Shown here: one piece after another, positions 1 to 12,098 of the stretch
Numbering within the stretch: position 1 is the stretch's first letter
Layout: each line of letters begins with the position of its first letter
DNA from: Bugula neritina
Lineage: Eukaryota > Animalia > Bryozoa
DNA: 64,000 nt
Direction: 5' to 3'
Assembly: GCA_964035545.1 (NCBI GenBank)
Contig: OZ037766.1
Coordinates: forward strand, 32,230,773 to 32,294,772
Translations under genes and position numbers: made by a program
The notes under the pieces: generated by a model
The model's input: only the letters and a program-made list of their open reading frames with translations
What the model was told of the DNA's origin: nothing
The model's database searches: none

Positions 1-3000
1 CAATGGGGGCTCTTCTGAGTCCTCTGTGCGGATCTGCCACTGCTGGGCCCGCAGTGCATCATGGGCTTTACCCATGATCTCTGTCAGTCTTTCGACGTAC
101 TCATGTACCGGCGATTCGGGGGCGGGAACGTGGTATGTCAGGTGTTCCGGAACCCGCGTTTCCCGGCCTAGCATCAGGAAGTTTGGGGTCTCCTGTGTGG
201 TGGAGTGTGGTGTGCTGCGGTAAGCCCGCATGATTTGTGGCAGCACCACGTCCCATTCTTCCTGACCTCGACCAAGGAGCAGGCTCCTGAGGGCGTCACC
301 CAACATCCTGTTGTTCCGCTCGACGACTCCGTTCCCTTGTGGGTGATATGGGGTGGTCCGACTCTGGTTCACCCCCCATATCCGGCAGAGGTCTCCCATG
401 AGCTGGGACTGGAACTGGGCGCCCTGGTCCGTATGTATCTGCTCGGGCAAACCGAGGTAACAGAACACATGTTGGTCCAGGGTCCGGGCCACCGTGGGGG
501 CAGTTGCGTCTGGGATAGCCAGAGCATCCGCCCACCGGGTAAAGTGGTCCGTGAGCACCAGTATCCAGGTGTTCCCTCTGGCGGATAACGGCATAGGCCC
601 GACAAGGTCTACCGCCACTACTTGCCACGGTCGACCAGCGTACAGCCGGCGTCGACCAGTGGTTTCCGTGGGGCGGCCATGCTTGCTAGCTTGGCAGACC
701 TCGCATTGCCGTACCCGCAGTCGTACGTCCCGAGTCATTCCGGGCCAATACCAACGCAGCCGCAGACACCTGATGACCCGACTGACTCCAGAATGAGCCT
801 GCTTATGGGTGTCCCAGATCAGTTCCCGTCGGAGGGCGCGTGGACAGACGACGCGGTCCCTCTCCTGCTGACGGTTGTCTGCTGCTAACGTTATCATCAG
901 GAGGCCATCAGGACTGACCTTGAGGGCATCCCAGCGACGACAGAGGAGTTGGAACTCAACGTCTCCCTGCCGCTGCTGTTCCTCGCTAGGTCGTCGGCCC
1001 TCCTTCTTGGCCCGGAAAATGTCCGCTACCGGGCCGGGTAGCGTCTCCTGGAGTCGGCACAGCTCCTTGACATTCTGGTACAGAGTGGGGTTGGCGTGAA
1101 GCGCCTGGACGTCGTCTGAGTGGGTTTCGGTCCGAAGATGGCCGTGCTCCCACCGATAGACGGCGCCCTCCCCTAACTCTGTTTCCACGTCAAGGCGAGC
1201 GGGTCCCCCGTCCCGTTTTTCAATGTGCAGGCATTGCTTACAGTCCTCTACCGGCCGGCGGCTCATGCCGTCGGCGTTTCCGTGCTTCCGGCCAGCACGG
1301 TGTTCTATCCGGTAAGAGAACTCGGCAAGAATCTCTAGCCAACGAGCTACCTGGCTCGAGGGCTCCGCACGTTTACACAGCCATATCAGTGATGCATGGT
1401 CTGTTCGCAAACGGAACGTTCTCCCATACAGATATGGCCGAAAGTGCTTGACCGCCTTGACTACTGCTAGGAGTTCCTTCCTAGTGGTGCAGTAGTTCTT
1501 CTCGGCGGCCGCGAGAGTCTTGCTGTAGTAAGCCACGACCACCTCACTTCCACCCTGGACTTGAGACAGGACAGCTCCCACGCTGTGGTCACTGGCGTCG
1601 GTGTCCAGGATGTACTCCTTGGCTGGATCAGGATACGCCAGAATTGGCGCCTCCATTAGCCGTTGCTTGAGGTGGTCGAATGCCTGCTGCTCCTCCTGCG
1701 TCCACTGCCACCGGACCCCTTTTGCGGTCAGCCGATTTAACGGCTGAGCCACTCCTGCGAAGCCAGGTATGTACTGCCGGTAGTACCCTACTAGGCCCAA
1801 GAATGCGCGCAACTCAGGGAGGTCACGGGGGACAGTCCACTGCTTCACAGCCTGTACCTTCTCTGGGTCGGTAGCGACCCCATCACGGCCCACCACATGG
1901 CCCAGGTACGTGACTTCCGGCTGCAAGAGTGCACACTTGGAGGGCTTCAGCTTGAGTCCAGCTGCCCGGAGGCGGTCAAAGACCTCCCGCAGACGACTGA
2001 CATGAGTCGAAAAGTCTGGCGAGATGACAATGACGTCGTCCAGATAGATGAGGAGGGTCTTCCAGTGTAATCCACTGAGGACCTGCTCCATGAGCCGTTG
2101 GAAAGTTGCCGGGGCGGACGTTAGTCCAAATGGCAGTACTTTCCACTTCCAGAGCCCGTCGCGAGTAATGAATGCTGCTTTGTCCTGGGCATCAGGACTG
2201 AGAGGCACTTGCCAGTACCCGCTAAGCAGATCCAAAGTACTGAAGTACTTGCTACCCGCGAGGGCATCCAGAGACTCATCTATCCGTGGGAGAGGGTAGG
2301 CGTCTTGGATGGTAACGCTGTTGAGTCTGCGGTAGTCCACACAGAACCTCCAGCTACCATCTTTCTTCTTGACCAGGACTACTGGAGAGCTCCACGCACC
2401 GTGGGCAGGCTCAATCAGATCCCGGTCGAGAAGATCCTGTACCTGTCGGCTCACCTCCTTCTCCTTCTCCGGGCCTAGACGCCGGGTAGGCTGCCTGATG
2501 GGAGTGGTGCCGGCTGCCAGGGGTATCTCGTGGGAGATGACCTTGGTCAGCCCCATGTCTCTATCTCCACGACTGAAGACATCACTGTACTCCGCAAGTA
2601 GTTGAGCCAGTACTTGGCGTTCAGTACTACTTGTACAGTTTCCACACGCCCCATCATACAGGTCAGCCATATGCTCCGGGACTGCTCCTCGTCTGGTGTG
2701 AGGGGGGTTCCCCTGGGTGTCGGCCACTGTCTCCAGTGCCGGACCCACATCCGCTTCCTGGATGGAGTGGTACTTCCCCACCAGCGCTCCAGCCGATAAT
2801 CGGACAGGTTCCGTGAAGGGGTTGATGCACTGCACGAGGAGCTCCTGCCGACAATCTAGCCGATTCAGGCTGTTTGCTAGTCGGATCGCTCCGTGCGTTC
2901 CCTCAACCACCCCCAGGCCGGCGATCCCCTTGCAGTTGACTCTGCAGCGAAGAGTCGCCTGGGATCTTCCCGGAACCGTGCAGTCCCGCACTACCTGGAC

Positions 3001-3855
3001 TCCGCCCACCAAGGGCCTTCCGAACTTGTCGACGCAGACAAGCTCCTTCCCAGCCATCACCACCACTGACTTCTGGAAATCCATGTGACACTGGTGTTTC
3101 TCCAGAAACGGCATTCCCAGGATGGCGTCCTCCTTCAGCTGGCTGACTATGAACGTCTCGTGAATTGCTTGATCACGGACGCGTCCAGGTAGTGAAATGA
3201 CGCCGTAGAAAGGAATGCATGATCCGTCCGCCAACGTACCATGCGCACCTTCATACGGCTCGAGGCTCGCCCGCTCTCGTGCACCAAGAGTGTCAAAGAG
3301 ACGCCTACTCAGCAGGTTGGTAGTGCACCCAGTATCCAGTAGGAATGTGGCAGCTTTACCCGAAATCTTTCCGGGCAGAAAGTAGCTGCTTCTATACGGC
3401 TGGGCGCTCCTGGAGCGGTCAGTCTCTGGGGGAGACACAACTTGGGTCCGCACAGCGGGCCTCCTCTTTGTCTTAGAGACAACGGGGGTTTTCTGAGGTC
3501 GGGAGGGTAGCTTGGGGTACTCTTGCGAGTAAGCTGAATCCTCCTCCACAACCTCCTCGGGCAACCCCGCGAACCGGTTCTGGAGTGGCCAGGCCGGAGG
3601 ATCGGGTAGACCTTGCGGTCTCCGAGATCTCCGAGGTGCCTGCCATCCTGCTTCTTCTAGCTGCATCCGGGTCTCGAGTGACACGGCCGGAGGATCGGGT
3701 AGACCTTGCGGTCTCCGAGGTCTCCGTGGCCTCTGCCACTCGGTATCGGCAGACCCTGTGGAGGTCTCTTCTTCTCCTCTTCGAGTCCTATCCCGGGTGG
3801 GATTGGCGTGAGGCCCACGGTTGGCGGAAGTTACCGTGAGCCTTGGGTGTTTAAA
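1..3855 (-). CDS. pol: Pol polyprotein (protease, reverse transcriptase, RNase H, integrase), partial, in the -1 frame relative to gag
   Basis: Manual translation: FLLDTGCTTNLL protease motif (~3345-3310); LIYLDDVIVIS RT motif (YLDD 2046-2035); LDTDAS RNase H (~1609-1592); CEVC zinc finger (~708-697); integrase core VDLVG, HTDQG, NGVVERNN (~612-309). Probably absent from the ORF track because it has no stop inside the window. Confidence 0.93.
3812..3855 (-). promoter_or_regulatory. -1 programmed ribosomal frameshift signal (gag-pol)
   Basis: Minus strand reads CC-T TTA AAC (slippery heptamer UUUAAAC in the gag frame, 3855-3849), a 6-nt spacer, then stem GGCTCACGG / CCGTGGGCC with a 13-nt loop containing the gag stop. 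The -1 frame continues open into the protease. Confidence 0.85.
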
Positions 3856-4736
3856 GGCCCTTGGCCTCTAGGGCAGTGCCTCCTCACATGCCCTTGCACC
3901 CCGCACCCCCAACAGGTTAGTAGAGATGGGCGGACAGGGTTGTCCCGTGAACGGGGAGCCCGCCTATCCGCCTGTTCGCTCTGCAACTTCGTCACTGTAG
4001 CCTGCAGGCCTTTCATCATGTCCATTAACATGGTGAGCTGCGTCTGCTCGAGTGATTTAGTTGCTGCGGCCGCTACTTGGGGTTTAGCAGGCAGGGCGGT
4101 CTCCTCATCGACCACCTGGCGGGCGGCGAATCTTGGTCCTTGAAGCTCTTCTACCTGGAAATAGGCTTTACCCGTTTCCAGAGCTTCGTCCAGGCTGCCC
4201 ACCTTGCCAGCCATCCAATAGCGTTGGAGGTCAGGATGATTTATACTCCGGAAAAACGCGTTGTACACCAGGCGCTGTCTTTCCGTTCCGGTAGCCTGGC
4301 TGAAAGCAGCCTGGGCCAAGCGTTCCACCACGTTGGCGTGGTCCTCCAATGATGTCCTCCTGTCCCTTCTCAGGGCCTGTAGGCGGTCAGACGCCTCCTC
4401 TGACGTCATGCCAAACCTGGCCCTTAGGGCACGTAAGATGTGTGCTTCATCGGGCCCCAGAGCGAAACTCTTGGCCCGGCCTGTCAAACAGGCCCGGAGT
4501 TGGAGGACGCGCACCGGCACTGGCCATTCAGCGATGGTGGCCACGTCCTGGAACTCCCGGATGAATTGCTCCACATCCCCATCACCTCCAAAAGTTGGGG
4601 GACTGAGGCGGTACCTGTCACCAGGTGGCGCCTGCCCTGTCCCCTGCAACTTTCGGAGGGCTGTCACCAAAGCCTCCACAGTGAGGGTTGGTGTCGCGGC
4701 TGCTCCAGGGGTTGCCTCCTCACCCCCTGGAGCCAT
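3831..4736 (-). CDS. gag: Gag protein
   Basis: 301-aa ORF with capsid-like PPTFGGDGDVEQFIREF segment and C-terminal CWGCGVQGHVRRHC (CX2CX4HX4C) zinc knuckle, starting just after the PBS. Confidence 0.95.
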   Translation of the reverse strand: MAPGGEEATPGAAATPTLTVEALVTALRKLQGTGQAPPGDRYRLSPPTFGGDGDVEQFIREFQDVATIAEWPVPVRVLQLRACLTGRAKSFALGPDEAHILRALRARFGMTSEEASDRLQALRRDRRTSLEDHANVVERLAQAAFSQATGTERQRLVYNAFFRSINHPDLQRYWMAGKVGSLDEALETGKAYFQVEELQGPRFAARQVVDEETALPAKPQVAAAATKSLEQTQLTMLMDMMKGLQATVTKLQSEQADRRAPRSRDNPVRPSLLTCWGCGVQGHVRRHCPRGQGPLNTQGSR

Positions 4737-4763
4737 CTTGTTCTTCTTACACTAGTATTCAGA

Positions 4764-4781
4764 ATCCCACCGCTGCCACCA
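4764..4781 (-). promoter_or_regulatory. Primer binding site complementary to tRNA-Leu 3' end
   Basis: TGGTGGCAGCGGTGGGAT immediately 3' of the LTR. The plus strand reads ATCCCACCGCTGCCACCA, the typical eukaryotic tRNA-Leu(AAG/TAG) 3' end plus CCA. Confidence 0.88.
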
Positions 4782-4782
4782 A

Positions 4783-5131
4783 TGTGATAAACTTGTGGGT
4801 TGAATGTAACTTAGTGCAGAACAAGATAGGTTGAAGTAGTAGAGTTCCAAATGTTTATTATAGTATAAAAATAATGTCAACTTGTCTAGGCGAGCTCCAG
4901 TAGTAGACTGGCTTAACACCGTAACTCGCCTGCTTTTATATACAGCGAACAAAAGAACATAAAACAAAGAATCTTTTGTGTGTGTGGCCCGAAGTTCGGT
5001 AGCTCCGAAATTCGGCAGGCCCGAAGATCGGGGGAACCGATCTTCGGTCAAGCCGAAACTCGGAACTCCGAATTTCGGACCCCAATTAACATTATTGAAC
5101 AAAAGAACAAACCAAGGCATAATCTATCACA
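4783..5131 (-). repeat. 5' LTR (349 bp)
   Basis: Inverted termini TGTGATA...TATCACA; TATATAAAAG TATA box (~4943-4934) and AATAAA (~4859-4854) on the minus strand; adjacent to the PBS. Confidence 0.88.
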
Positions 5132-5186
5132 CTATTAACAGTGAGTGTTGTTTTTTATTTTTCTGCTTCAATTTATATACACTCAC

Positions 5187-6862
5187 CTAAAACTAATGAC
5201 ATTCATCACCAACTTAAAACAAAGTATAAAGATATATGCAATAATAGTAGAGCTTTGAATTCTTGAAATTTAATCTTTATCACAAAAGATAACAGTTGGG
5301 CTACTTACTAGTGGATTAATTGGAGGCAATGAGCTTTCTTCCAGCTCGCCTGTTGCACCAGAAACTTTTGTTTGATCTGTATCTTTCTTTACCTGCTCTG
5401 TTACTGTTTCTCCCTCCACCTGCTCTGTTCCGGTTTCTCCCTCTATCTGCTCTGTTACTGTATCTCCTTCCACCTGTTCTGTTACTGTATCTCCCTCCAT
5501 CTGCTCTGTTACTGCATCTCCCTCCACCTGTTTTGTATCACCTTCCACCTGTTCTGTTACTGTACCTCCCTCCACCTGTTCTGTTACTGTACCTCCCTCC
5601 ACCTGTTCTGTTACTGTACCTCCTTCCACCTGTTCTGTTACTGTATCTCCCTCCACCTGCTCTGTTACTGTTTCTCCTTCCACCTGCTCTGTTACTGTTT
5701 CTTCTTCTACCTGCTCTGTTACTGTATCTCTCTCCACCTGTTCTGTTCCAATATTGTTTGTGGTTCTGGTCTCGTCTGTTTTTTCTTTTATTCGAGTAAC
5801 CAGTCTTGTCAAAAGTTCAAGATCTTTAGCCAATTGTAACTCATTTAGTTCAATATCTACTTCTACGATATTGCTATCCTCACCTACAACAAGAGAGATA
5901 ATGCTGCATGCTTTTATAAAACACGTCACTCTTCAAAATCCTACTAAACATTTCCACACCAAAGTTGTGTGTTTCATTTAGACAGACAAGACTCTCTTCC
6001 GATTTTGGGCTCAAAAAATTTTTTCAATTGATGGCAAGCATTTCCTTTCTTATAAATAATTGATTGTGATTCAACTTTGTACCTTTATGTTTACTCCCCT
6101 ATATACTCAAACCAAAGCATTTTTTTATTCGGTTTTTACACAGCATTGTCTATTTCTTAAACATATAATTGAAACAGTTCTTTATATATATTAGACTAAA
6201 GAAAAGTTGACATATACACTGCATTAACCATGTATTTATGAATGTTCAATTATAGGCTGATACGTTTAATAAGATAAGAAATAAGACATTAACTCACGAA
6301 CCTTTTGCAGAAGAAGCTCCAACAGGCGGAGTCTCAGCAGGTAGAGTCTCAGCAGGCGGAGCCTCAGCAGGCGGAGTCTCAGCAGGCGGAGTCTCAGCAG
6401 GCGGAGCCTCAGCAGAACTAATTATCTAAAAAGTTAAACCATGGAGTTGCAACTTTTGTACAAATTTGCTAAGTTATTATTATTATCATTTAAAAATTTG
6501 CCTATATAAATTGATTCAACGCATAAAAGTCTTATATCAATCAATTTTAATTTTAATTTATTATAATAAAAATTAAATAGAATAATCAAAATTTTGTTGT
6601 TGCAAAACAAGCTGAAATTCATATCATTTTAAAGAAATGTTTCAACAAGTATCAATAATTATCATGTTATTGTTACCTTAAGAGCTTCTCGGACCAACTG
6701 AGATGTTGAAGATTCTGTGTCACACTCTGCTGGTATGGGAAGATCTGGAGTGCTAAAATCTCTCATAGAAAAAGAATCCTGTAAAATTGAACTCTTATCA
6801 TTGTCTGCCATTCTCAGTGTTAGTATAACATCCCTGGCAATATCAGAAATGCTTTCACCCAT
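5187..6862 (-). CDS. Gene A (partial): acidic, low-complexity, repeat-rich protein, possibly the N-terminal part of another cluster paralog
   Basis: Phase-compatible exons 6862-6677, 6425-~6298 (AETPP repeats), ~5884/5930-5309 (TEQVEGDTV 27-bp repeats) and a 26-nt microexon 5212-5187 ending at a GTGAGT donor. The gene appears to continue leftwards past the retrotransposon. Confidence 0.55.
5380..5752. repeat. Coding 27-bp tandem repeat (TEQVEGDTV)
   Basis: About 13-14 copies of acctgttctgttactgtatctccctcc. Confidence 0.9.
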
Positions 6863-8976
6863 CTTGAAAGTTGAATTCTTTCTTTGAGAATTACTGCTAG
6901 TTTACTAATGTGTTAACTTCGTTTTCTGTAATTTTCCTCGTAGTTTTTATTCCTTCAAAAACTGTTTCAGCTCATTAAGTGTGTGTAGAAACCATTCGAG
7001 GCTTTCTGTATCTTTGTTTATACTCTCTAACTCAATACAAAACTACAGCCGGCTATTTGATCTAAAGCTGCCCGAAAGCAAAGCTTGTATAAATAAAATG
7101 TAAATTAGCTAAATAAAACTTGAAAAAATAACATCAAAATAAACCATTTTAAGGTTTGAAAATGAGCACATGCAATAATTACTAAAATACATTAATTTCT
7201 AATCAAATATTAAAATTAAAATAAATAAATTAATACAAAATTAAAATATTTTCGAGTTAATTTAACTTGTTGGTATTTATATATCATAAAATAAATTTTT
7301 TGTTGTTGCATGCTTGCTTACAATTTAATCAATCCCTCACATATGGTTATCATGTTATATTTCAGTTGTTTTTGCTTAAATTAATACAGAAATGTTTGTA
7401 TGAACAATAACATTTAATCAATGCAGCTTGATTTAAAAAAAATTTATTAGGAGAGGAATATATTAATAGCTTCAAACTTGCTTGTAGTTAAAATAGATAA
7501 TAATTTTTACGGAATGTTATAATATTTCAAGTGAATTCAAATTTAACTGAAAATAATTATTTTGATGAAAGCATATATAACATTATATATATATAGACAG
7601 AGCAAATGCTTCTCTTCCTCGAAAACAGTGCAGCTTTATGAATAGTTTTAGATTTCTTATAACCGTAAAATGTCTTTCACAAATGTAGTTTCTTTAGTTT
7701 CTTTCAATCACTTGAGTAAACAGAGCTGAACAATAATTTCATATGGCCAAAAGTCAGCAAACTTTAATTATTGAAATTAGCTAAACTACAGCTTTTTTAG
7801 ATTTGTTTTTATAATATTTTAAATTGCTTTCAAATAACATACAATACAGTTGCTATAATATATTCTTAAACAGTTGTGGTCTAGGGGTTAGAGTGCTGGC
7901 AATTAGTAAACACTGCAAGCTCAATGGTGAATTCCCAGTAAAATTCATTTGTTATGTTAGGAATGGCATCCAGTCATATAATTGGTTCTGTTCCACACAT
8001 GACCTATATATATACCTCCTTATAGCTCACAGGGGTCCTCACAAATGGTAACCATAAACTCACATCAGCTTCTATAATATATATTATAAGATGCATAGTA
8101 TATTTACCTCATTAATATACTGATCATACAAACAAACTTCATTGTCTTAAGCAGTATATAGCTCATTCATGTCTAATTATAGTTATATTTACTATACAAT
8201 ATACATATTAATATAGGTGTTGAGATACTGTCATCGAGATATGCTATAATTGAGGTAGTAGAAATTGTTAAATAACTAAAATAATATAGGTATATTTAAC
8301 CATTTGAAGTTTATAGATACTTCACGATTCAAAACTGTAAGAGGTCAAATAAAGGTTTATATTATTATAGTGATGTATTCTTGCTGTTGATAGTGTGTTC
8401 ACATGCGTGGTGAGTAGCCAATCACAGCACAGCACAAACGTATTATTGTCATATCTTCTAACAGCATCCGTAAGTAACTGATTCAAAATAATATTTTATT
8501 CTCATTAAGAGTTAGACACGTTTGTTTTAGAATATTAATTTTATAATGTTTCACTAGCTGTCGGGTGATGAAATGTGTCAGCATTAAGTGCGCAGGTTAT
8601 ATAATATATGTAAACAGTGAACTTAGCAAGAGCCATAGATTGTATGCAAACTCTGCTCAGCTACCACCCAGGTTTCTATAGAGTGAGTCTAAATTCTATA
8701 AGTCTATACTTAGAGTTAAAGAAAATGGTGCGCAATTAATAGTACTGTAATATATTTTTGTTGATTAGATACAAGAGTAAGCATTTTTTTTCAACTTTAA
8801 ATAACAAAATGTTTGTAAAAATTTTGATAAATTGCAACAAAAAATACAGTTCAAAGGCAACTGCAACTTAAATTTGAATATAACAAAAAAAAACATTAAA
8901 AACATCAACTTAATATAATTTTACCATAAATTTAACAATTTTAAAAAAGCTATTTCCTAATTGCAAGAGGATCCTG

Positions 8977-11900
8977 TTATTTTGGAAAGAAATCTGAAAT
9001 TAATGGGGCACAATAGATTTGATTAAGACAAATTCCTTTTTCTTCCATCTTATCGACACAAGCTATATATTCCACTTTCAATGTATGTTCGGTCTCAGAA
9101 ATCATTTTAACCAGTGGCTTCATAGAGCCAAAGTTTTCAAAGGAGTAGTTTAGGAAGGAAGGTTTGAGAGGGAGAACCCTGCTCTGCTGGAAATATTGCC
9201 ACATAGGAAGTGACTCACCACTTGATGAAATCTGCTCTGGGGTGCTTCTCTTAAAGCTTAGTTGAGGCAACTCATAATTAATAGATAATTTAACGCGTGG
9301 GTCTGGGTGGGTGAACTGAACATACAACATCATCCATCTAGATATTGATGCATAAGGACCATGTAGCCCATAATCTATTTCACAGTAGAGCTCTTTGAGA
9401 TAAGTTTCTCTAAAACTGTTGGCAAATTTCTTAAAGTTTGCTTTCACATAATCAAGATTTGGCTCTGAGCAGACTCCTTCAGATAAGAGCATCTCAGGAG
9501 GTCCATTGCGACAGAAATCAACCATGGAAGAAGTTACATGATAGAACCTTTGGTTTCTGTCTGCGCGCTCATTATCAAGCTCAACCACATCCAATCTGGT
9601 GTGAGAAACGGCATCCAGTCTACATTTCCAAATATCAATCACAGTTTCTGATACTCGGTCTATAAATTTTATGCAATGTTCTTTGATCTCTTTGAGCAAA
9701 AAGAGTTTTCGGATTCCAGCTGAATAACATGAAATCTCTTCTTTTAAAACCAACAAATAAATTGTAAAAGCTGGAAGAATCAAATGTAAAGCTGTTTTGG
9801 GGAAATTTAGATCAAAAAATATATAATTTTCTAATTCAGTTTTCATGGTCTCTTTAATTAACAGCAGTTGTGTCAGACCATTATAATGAGGGGTTGTTGG
9901 TGAAAGATAGTCCGCTATAATACTTTTAATAATTTCATAAAGAACCGCACAAAAATCTAGCAGAATCTTTGGGGGAGGTTGAGGCCCATATATCTTGGTA
10001 GTTAATTCTGTATAGAAATCGGGTATTTCACCGTTGGAGGTGTCACGGTAAAGGACTTCTACCATCTTTAGCCCAGATGTTTCATCTCTCCGCAATACCA
10101 GCTCTAACATTCTCAACGCTTGGTAGGACTCGGAGAATCTGTCCATCTTTTCTTCATAACTGTTCAAATCTAAATTTTGAGTTTCGGTAGTGAAAGCTGT
10201 GTTGTAATGAAAGATTAGGTCATCACTAAGTTCATCCTTGGCAATAGAGCCAGAACTTTTGTTCCCATCCTTCTTCTATAAACAAAAAAAATAACACCTA
10301 GTGTTGTTACTGCAGCTTTGAGTATATGAAGTCAGGCATGAACATGCAATCACATTTAATGTGGCTGTTTAATAGATAGGTGCGCTAATGAAAAAAATAG
10401 AAAAACCCATGTTCTACATTGAAAATGTAGCAAAAATGCTATGGATTTCAATCCTTGCTCCAAATCAAAACCTATAAAGAAAGTTAAAGAGTTTAGAATA
10501 TTGAAGATTCTCTACTACTGTACCTAAATTGTCTGCTTAATCTTAAGGAAACAAACAAACTGACAACATGTGACAAACACACACAATAGATACACATACA
10601 CACAATAGACAAACATATATACACAATAGACACACTTATATACACACAATAGACACATGTATACACACAATAGACAAACATATATACACACAATAGACAA
10701 ACATATACACACAATCGACAAACATATATACACAATAGACAAACATATATACACACAATAGACACGCATTTGTACATTTGACTGTTCACACCCGATGCTT
10801 TGTGAAGTTTATATTAGTCAATATATTATAATAATTTAGGATTCATCAATGGCTACTTAAATCAAACCAACAGTTACCGGCTGACCCGACTGATCTAGCA
10901 CTTTATTGGAATTAACTATTATGAAAAGATGCACAAATGAATGCAAAATATTATAATAGAAACTGTAGGTTGAGTTCAATTGCAGTGAAAAAAAGAGTTA
11001 ATTAGGCTTCAAACCAACCTACTCCATAAGCACAAATAATTTTGTTAGCGGTTTTTAATTTTCTTTTCTATGATAAATGGCTTTTTAAAATAGGAACTAA
11101 AAAATCACATTTTTAAAATATATTGTAATATATATTTTTAATCAAGAATTTACAAAATAGGTGCACAAGCTATAACAAATGGTTGTGTGGTTTTTAGAAC
11201 TCACATTTTTAGTGGTTGGAAAGCTGCCAAGTTTGTCTCTCTTTTTCAATCTACTTGCCAATCTCAGCACCATTTTCACATCCAGTAACAGATCTTGGCC
11301 TGCTTCGTCCTCCACTTCCACTTCCTCTTCTTTAGCTTCATCTGCTACCACATCCACTCCTTTAACTTCTGGTGCTACCACATCCACCCCTTTAGCTTCT
11401 AGTGCTACAACATCCACCCCTTTAACTTCTGGTGCTACCACATCCACCCCTTTAACTTCTGGTGCTAACACATCCACCCCTTTAGCTTCATCTGCTACCA
11501 CATCCACCCCTTTATCTTCTGGTGCTACCACATCTACCCCTTTAGCTTCTGGTGCTACAACATCCACCCCTTTAACTTCTGGTGCTACCACATCCACCCC
11601 TTTAACTTCTGGTGCTAACACATCCACCCCTTTTACTTCTGGTGCTATCACATCCACTCCTTTAGCTTCTAGTGCTACCATTTCCGCTTTTTTAGCTTTT
11701 TCTTCTACCACATCTACTCCTTTAGTTTCATCTGCTACCACTCCCTTTTCTTCATCTTTCTCTGCCCGTGCTTTATCTCCTTTAACTGCTTCTGCTACCA
11801 TTTTCTTTTCTTCAACCTGTGGGCTCACCATTTTCTTTCCTTTAACTTTTGGTGCCACCACTTTCTTTGCTTTAACTTTTGGTGCCACCATTTTCTTTTC

Positions 11901-12098
11901 TTTACTTTTCTCTGCTACCAATTCTTTTGCTTTACTTTTCTCTGCTACTTCTTGCTCTCCTTTAACTGCTTCTGCAGCCACTTTCCTCCCTTCAAGCTTT
12001 TGCACTACCACTTTCTTTTCTTTAATTTTCTCTGCTACCACTTTATCTCCTTTAACTTCTTCAGCGACTACTTGCTTTCTTTTAACTCTCTGTATCAT
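8977..12098 (-). CDS. Gene B: Cry-domain-I-like family protein with (VVAPEVKGVD)n N-terminus
   Basis: Exon 1 12098-11205 (AAT|gtgagt), exon 2 10275-8977 (tttatag|AAG), phase 0. Family motifs NFPKTALHLILPAFTIYLLVLKEE, WKCRLDAVS, PYASISRWMM. The start codon is uncertain. Confidence 0.75.
10555..10768. repeat. ~22-bp minisatellite in the gene B intron
   Basis: Repeated acacaatagacaaacatatat units. Confidence 0.9.
11330..12075. repeat. Coding 30-bp tandem repeat (10-aa unit)
   Basis: ggtgctaccacatccacccctttaacttct units, grading from Lys-rich to acidic variants along the protein. Confidence 0.9.

Larger units (their letters stand above)
1..5131 (-). mobile_element. Ty3/Gypsy LTR retrotransposon, 5' part (3' end lies beyond the left window edge)
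   Basis: LTR, PBS, gag with CCHC knuckle, then pol in PR-RT-RNaseH-INT order. Much more GC-rich than the flanking host DNA. Confidence 0.97.

Noticed and set aside
26-3739. Many short ORFs on both strands in the ORF track
   Set aside because: Off-frame or antisense by-products of the GC-rich pol frame.
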